Part shown: positions 60,236 through 64,000 of the stretch, in pieces
Numbering within the stretch: the first letter of the stretch is position 1
Layout: every line of letters starts with the position of its first letter
Source of the DNA: Emiliania huxleyi CCMP1516
Taxonomy: Eukaryota
Direction: 5' to 3'
Length of the DNA: 64,000 nucleotides
NCBI RefSeq assembly: GCF_000372725.1
Contig: NW_005201360.1
Coordinates: forward strand, 22,881 to 86,880
Program-made: the position numbers and the translations under genes
Notes under the pieces: model-generated
Seen by the model: the letters and a program-made list of their open reading frames with translations, nothing else
Databases searched by the model: none
What the model was told of the DNA's origin: nothing

Positions 60236-63182
60236 ATGCTGGGACCCCTCTTCTCCACCGTCGCCTATGCACGTCGCACTGCTCCATCACCTGCGCATAT
60301 CGATCGCCTGCTCGCAAGCCACTGGCGACGCTTCGACGCAGTGCTCGACGATGACGAGGAGGCGTTCGTGGATCGCCACGGCCTCCCGGCCGGCGCAGCG
60401 GCGCCACCTCTCGGACACGGCTCATCCGCCTACGGCGAGGTGACACGCGTCGGTGCGCGCCAGCTCTTTGCCGCGTTTGGTCTCGACTCCGGCGGCCGGC
60501 ACTGCTCGTTCGCCGACCTCGGCTCCGGCACGGGAGCGCTCGTGGCGCAGGCGTGGCTCGAGTTGCCGTATCTCGAGCGTTCGGTCGGCGTCGAGCTCTC
60601 GCCGACGCGCCACGCGGCCGCCACGAGGTCGTGGGGCCGGCTGGCGGCCGACGACTCGGCGGCTGAGCTGCTGCGGCGGCCGGGCGAGCCCGAGTTTACG
60701 CTCGGCTCGATGCTCGAGTGCGGCCTGTGCGGCCTGACGCATGTAGATCCGTAGCTGCGTAATGAACATCCCTGCCATCATCTCACACTCGAGACGATCT
60801 CGTGTTTGGCAGTGTCCCATCGCATTCCAGGCGATGCTTCGAACACACGCTGCACGACACACCGCCGCCCCGCCGCCCCGCATGCACGCCCGATGTACAT
60901 CTCTGCACCTCGAGGTGTACGTCGCCTCCCTCTGCATGGACGACCAGCTCCTCTCCGAGCTGTGGGGACGGCTGAGCGCAGCGCCGGAGGTGTGTGCGCC
61001 CTCAGCTGGGCGACACACCCTCAAAGAAGGAGCTCCGCCCTTTACACAACGCGCGACCTCGGGTCGTCCTGCCCGTGCTGGAGAGGGTCATGGGTGCGGG
61101 TGCGTGCTGCTGAGGACGCCGCGCAGCTGAGTCAGCGCATGCGCCTCCGCAGGTCGAGTGCGTCGCGTCGCTCCGCGCCTTCCCCGCACCGCTCGGTCGC
61201 GCCGACGCGTCCGCCGCGCCGAGGGCGGTGCGCGCCGCCGCTCGCCAGCCTTCGGCGCCCGCCCATGACACACAGCCCGCGACGCGACCACCGACGCGTC
61301 CGCGACGCGTCCACGCAGGTGGCGGTGGAGACGGCGGTGGTGGAGACGACGTGGACGCCGGAGGGGCAGGCTGGGACGCCGGTGCACTTGTACCGATTCG
61401 GCGGCCGCGGTCGCGAGGCGGAGGCGGAGGCGGAGGCGGAGGCGGAGGCGGAGGCGGAGGCGGAGGCGGAGGCGGAGGGCAGCGAGGGGGTGGGGCGCGG
61501 GGCGCGGCGAGGCGGAGGCGGAGGCGGAGGCGGGGGTGGGGGGCAGAGGCACGCGGCGCCGCGCTGCTGCGCCGCCGCGCTCGACGACGAGGGCAAGGCT
61601 CTAGGCAAGGCTCTAGGCAAGGCGGAGTGGCTCCGCCTCCTCGCCGAGGCGGAGGAGCGGACCCGCGACCAGGCGCCCGCTCCTGCGCAGCCTGCTCCTG
61701 CGCAGCCTGTTCCTGCGCAGCCTGCTCCCGCGCAGCCTGCTCCTGCGCAGCCAGCCCCCGTCGAGGACGATGTCGCCGACGTGCGGCTAGCCGACTCGTG
61801 GGCTTCCGCCAAGAGCCTCGCGGGACGGCCCGTCTTCAGCCAGCCGAGCAACGTCGACCCGTCCACGCGCATCGAGGTGAGCACCGGACGCGTCGAAGTC
61901 CCCACTGGACACGTCCATCACACGTGCGTGACATGAGTCGTGCCACACGCCACACGCCCACCGCCCGTCCAACAGGTGCACGAGCATGCCTCCGGCTGGC
62001 GCTCCCTCGTCTTTGTCGCGAGCGAGCGCGTGAGCGTCCAGTCCAAGGCGAGATATGGGCGAGATATGGGCGAGATACGGAGCGCGTGAGCGTCCAGTCC
62101 AAGGCGAGAGGTGCTCCAGCAGCCAGACCAGCGCACATCCACACACCGCACGCGCACGCAAGCAAGCGTACAGCACGCACCGCGCCACGCAGACGCAGCC
62201 CAACGACGCTCGGACTGCGGCAGCTGGACTGCGGTGCGTAGGTGCGGCTCGACGGCGGCTCCGGCCTCGCGCAGCCGTATGCGATGCCGACCGAGTACCT
62301 CAAGTCGATGGTGGCGCTCGCGCTGAGCGCGCTCGCGGACGTGCGCCGCCTCGAGCGCGCCTTTCCCTCCTCGTGGCGGGTGGAGCAGCGCGCCCACCGC
62401 CTTAGGTGCCGCGCCTCGAGCGGGTCCTCGTGCTCGGTATGGGCGCCGGCAGCCTCCCCTCCTACCTCGGCCGCTGCTGCCCTGAGGCGGCCGCCGCACC
62501 GCCCCCCCCGCGCGCGCTCTGGCAGCGCTCCCGAAGCCGCGTTCCGAGCCCCTTGCCTTGGGTCGCTGGCTAGGCGCGACTCGTCGACGCCGTCGAGCTG
62601 GACGCGACCGTCGCCGAGGCGGCGCAGGGACCGTTCGGCCTCGACCCAGGCCGCCGGCGCCGTGCGCGCGCTGAGCCCTCCCGGCGCTTTTGCCGCACCA
62701 GTCGCGGGCAGCGTCGCTCCGCCATAGGCAGAGTGGCTGTGCACGTGGACGACGCCGCGGCGTGGCTCCGCGGGAGGGCGGCGGCGGCGACGGCGCGGGA
62801 GCCATACGACCTCGTATGCGTGGACATCGCGGACGGGAGCAACCGCATCCCAGAGACGTTCTACTCGGCCGCCTTCCTCGCCGACGTGCGCGCGAGCCTC
62901 GCTCCGCACGGCGTTGTCTGCCACAACTTCCACTCGGGCAAGGCGGACCTCGACCGGCGCCTCGAGGAGGCTTGCGCCGCGTACGGCGCCGCCTTCCCCG
63001 GCGGCGCGTGCCGCGTGCCTTCGCCCGCGCGCCGGCCCTGGAACACGATCGTCGCGGCGAGCCCGCGGCGGGGCGCCTTCTCCTCCCTTGAGGAGCTGCG
63101 CGCGGCGGCGCGGCGAGCACGAGAGCAGCGCGGGCTGCCCTTCGACGCGAGCGCGCGGCTGGAGGGACTGAGAGAGATTTGA
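60236..63182 (+). CDS. DOT1-like SAM methyltransferase followed by spermidine-synthase-like methyltransferase (one fused gene or two)
   Basis: YGEVT, FADLGSGTG, GVELS..RH; later RVLVLGMGAGSLP, AVELD, DAAAW, YDLVCVD, LAPHGVV..NFH. Confidence 0.65.
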
Positions 63183-63353
63183 AAAAAGGAAAAAATTATG
63201 AAGTAGTCAACACTCTTTTTTGAGCACGTGTGTACCGCTACAACAATGAACAGACAGACTGAGAGATACTGCACACATATGCGGCCGCCAGCAGCAGCAC
63301 GCAGCAGGCACGCAGCAGGTGGAGGCTGGAGCACAGGCAGCGGGTGCTGCGTC

Positions 63354-63941
63354 TTAGTCTGGGGCGCGGGCCTCGACGACTCGCTTGACTGCCTCGTTGA
63401 TGTACACGTAGTTCCTCGCGACCTTTGCGAAAGGCATCCCGAGATTCAGAGCAGGGAGGAGGCCGGTGAAGTCCTCATAGTGCTCCATACGTGTCCTCGT
63501 CTCCGATTCGGGGGTCAAAATGATCCAATGGTTGCCGTGGAAGAGGCCGCAAGGGACGCCGCCGGCCCAATTTAGGAAGTGGCGGTCGTGATCCACGGCC
63601 AGAATCTGGCACGCGTATTCTTTCCAGGTGCCGTCGCCGTCGAAGGACGCGAGAAGCCTCGCATCCGTCCCGGCCGGGTTCTCATCGACGTCTTCAAACT
63701 TGGTCCACGCGTTCCACTCGCCCCACGTTCGCAGGTCGCTGACTACCTAAAGCTTGCGCGGCGGTTGGTGATGCGCGGCGAGAGGTGATGCGCGGCGAGA
63801 GGTGCTGCGGGGAGAGGTGATGCGCGGCGAGAGGTGAGTTGTGCGACTGCCAAGGAAGCGGCGCGTGGACGTGACCCGCACCTTCCAGACGCTGCCGATG
63901 GATGCATCGATGATGATCTCAGTACGGATTGTTCGCACCAT
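63354..63941 (-). CDS. SRPBCC/polyketide-cyclase-like protein, 2 exons
   Basis: IRTEIIIDASIGSVWK|VVSDLRTWGEWN ... L.W.G...LF.G.H...EDFTGLL; intron about 63881-63747. Confidence 0.85.
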
Positions 63942-64000
63942 CCCAAGCGGCGGGCGAGTAGGATGTTGGACAGAGGAAGAGATGCGGCCAAAACGAGCGA

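Overview
GC-rich eukaryotic genomic scaffold with short GT/GC-AG introns and two 100-N gaps. The partial 18S rRNA and intron style point to a haptophyte, most likely Emiliania/Gephyrocapsa (from recall, not a search). Recognisable genes: RING/RBR-like RS-rich protein, ABCG transporter, a ~2,440-aa three-exon membrane-anchored protein with a class-3 lipase and a possible toxin-like tail, MSH5, MEKHLA-like+WHEP protein, DHA2-type MFS transporter, an SLX1-like GIY-YIG nuclease with an in-frame stop, rDNA spacer plus partial 18S, succinyl-CoA ligase alpha, a 4Fe-4S ferredoxin-domain protein, an EDR2_C protein, an AA15-type LPMO-GH18 chitinase fusion, a patatin/cPLA2-like lipase, a CX9C+HIG1-like protein, a SnoaL-like protein, a double methyltransferase and an SRPBCC protein. 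Intergenic DNA holds several dispersed repeat families, MITEs and two RLE-type non-LTR retrotransposon remnants. Most speculative lead: a TGAGTGA-bracketed segment (31605-40070) carrying the GIY-YIG ORF and rDNA, which shares its right end and an internal motif with a second segment at 185-1850. All domain calls are motif recognition by eye.
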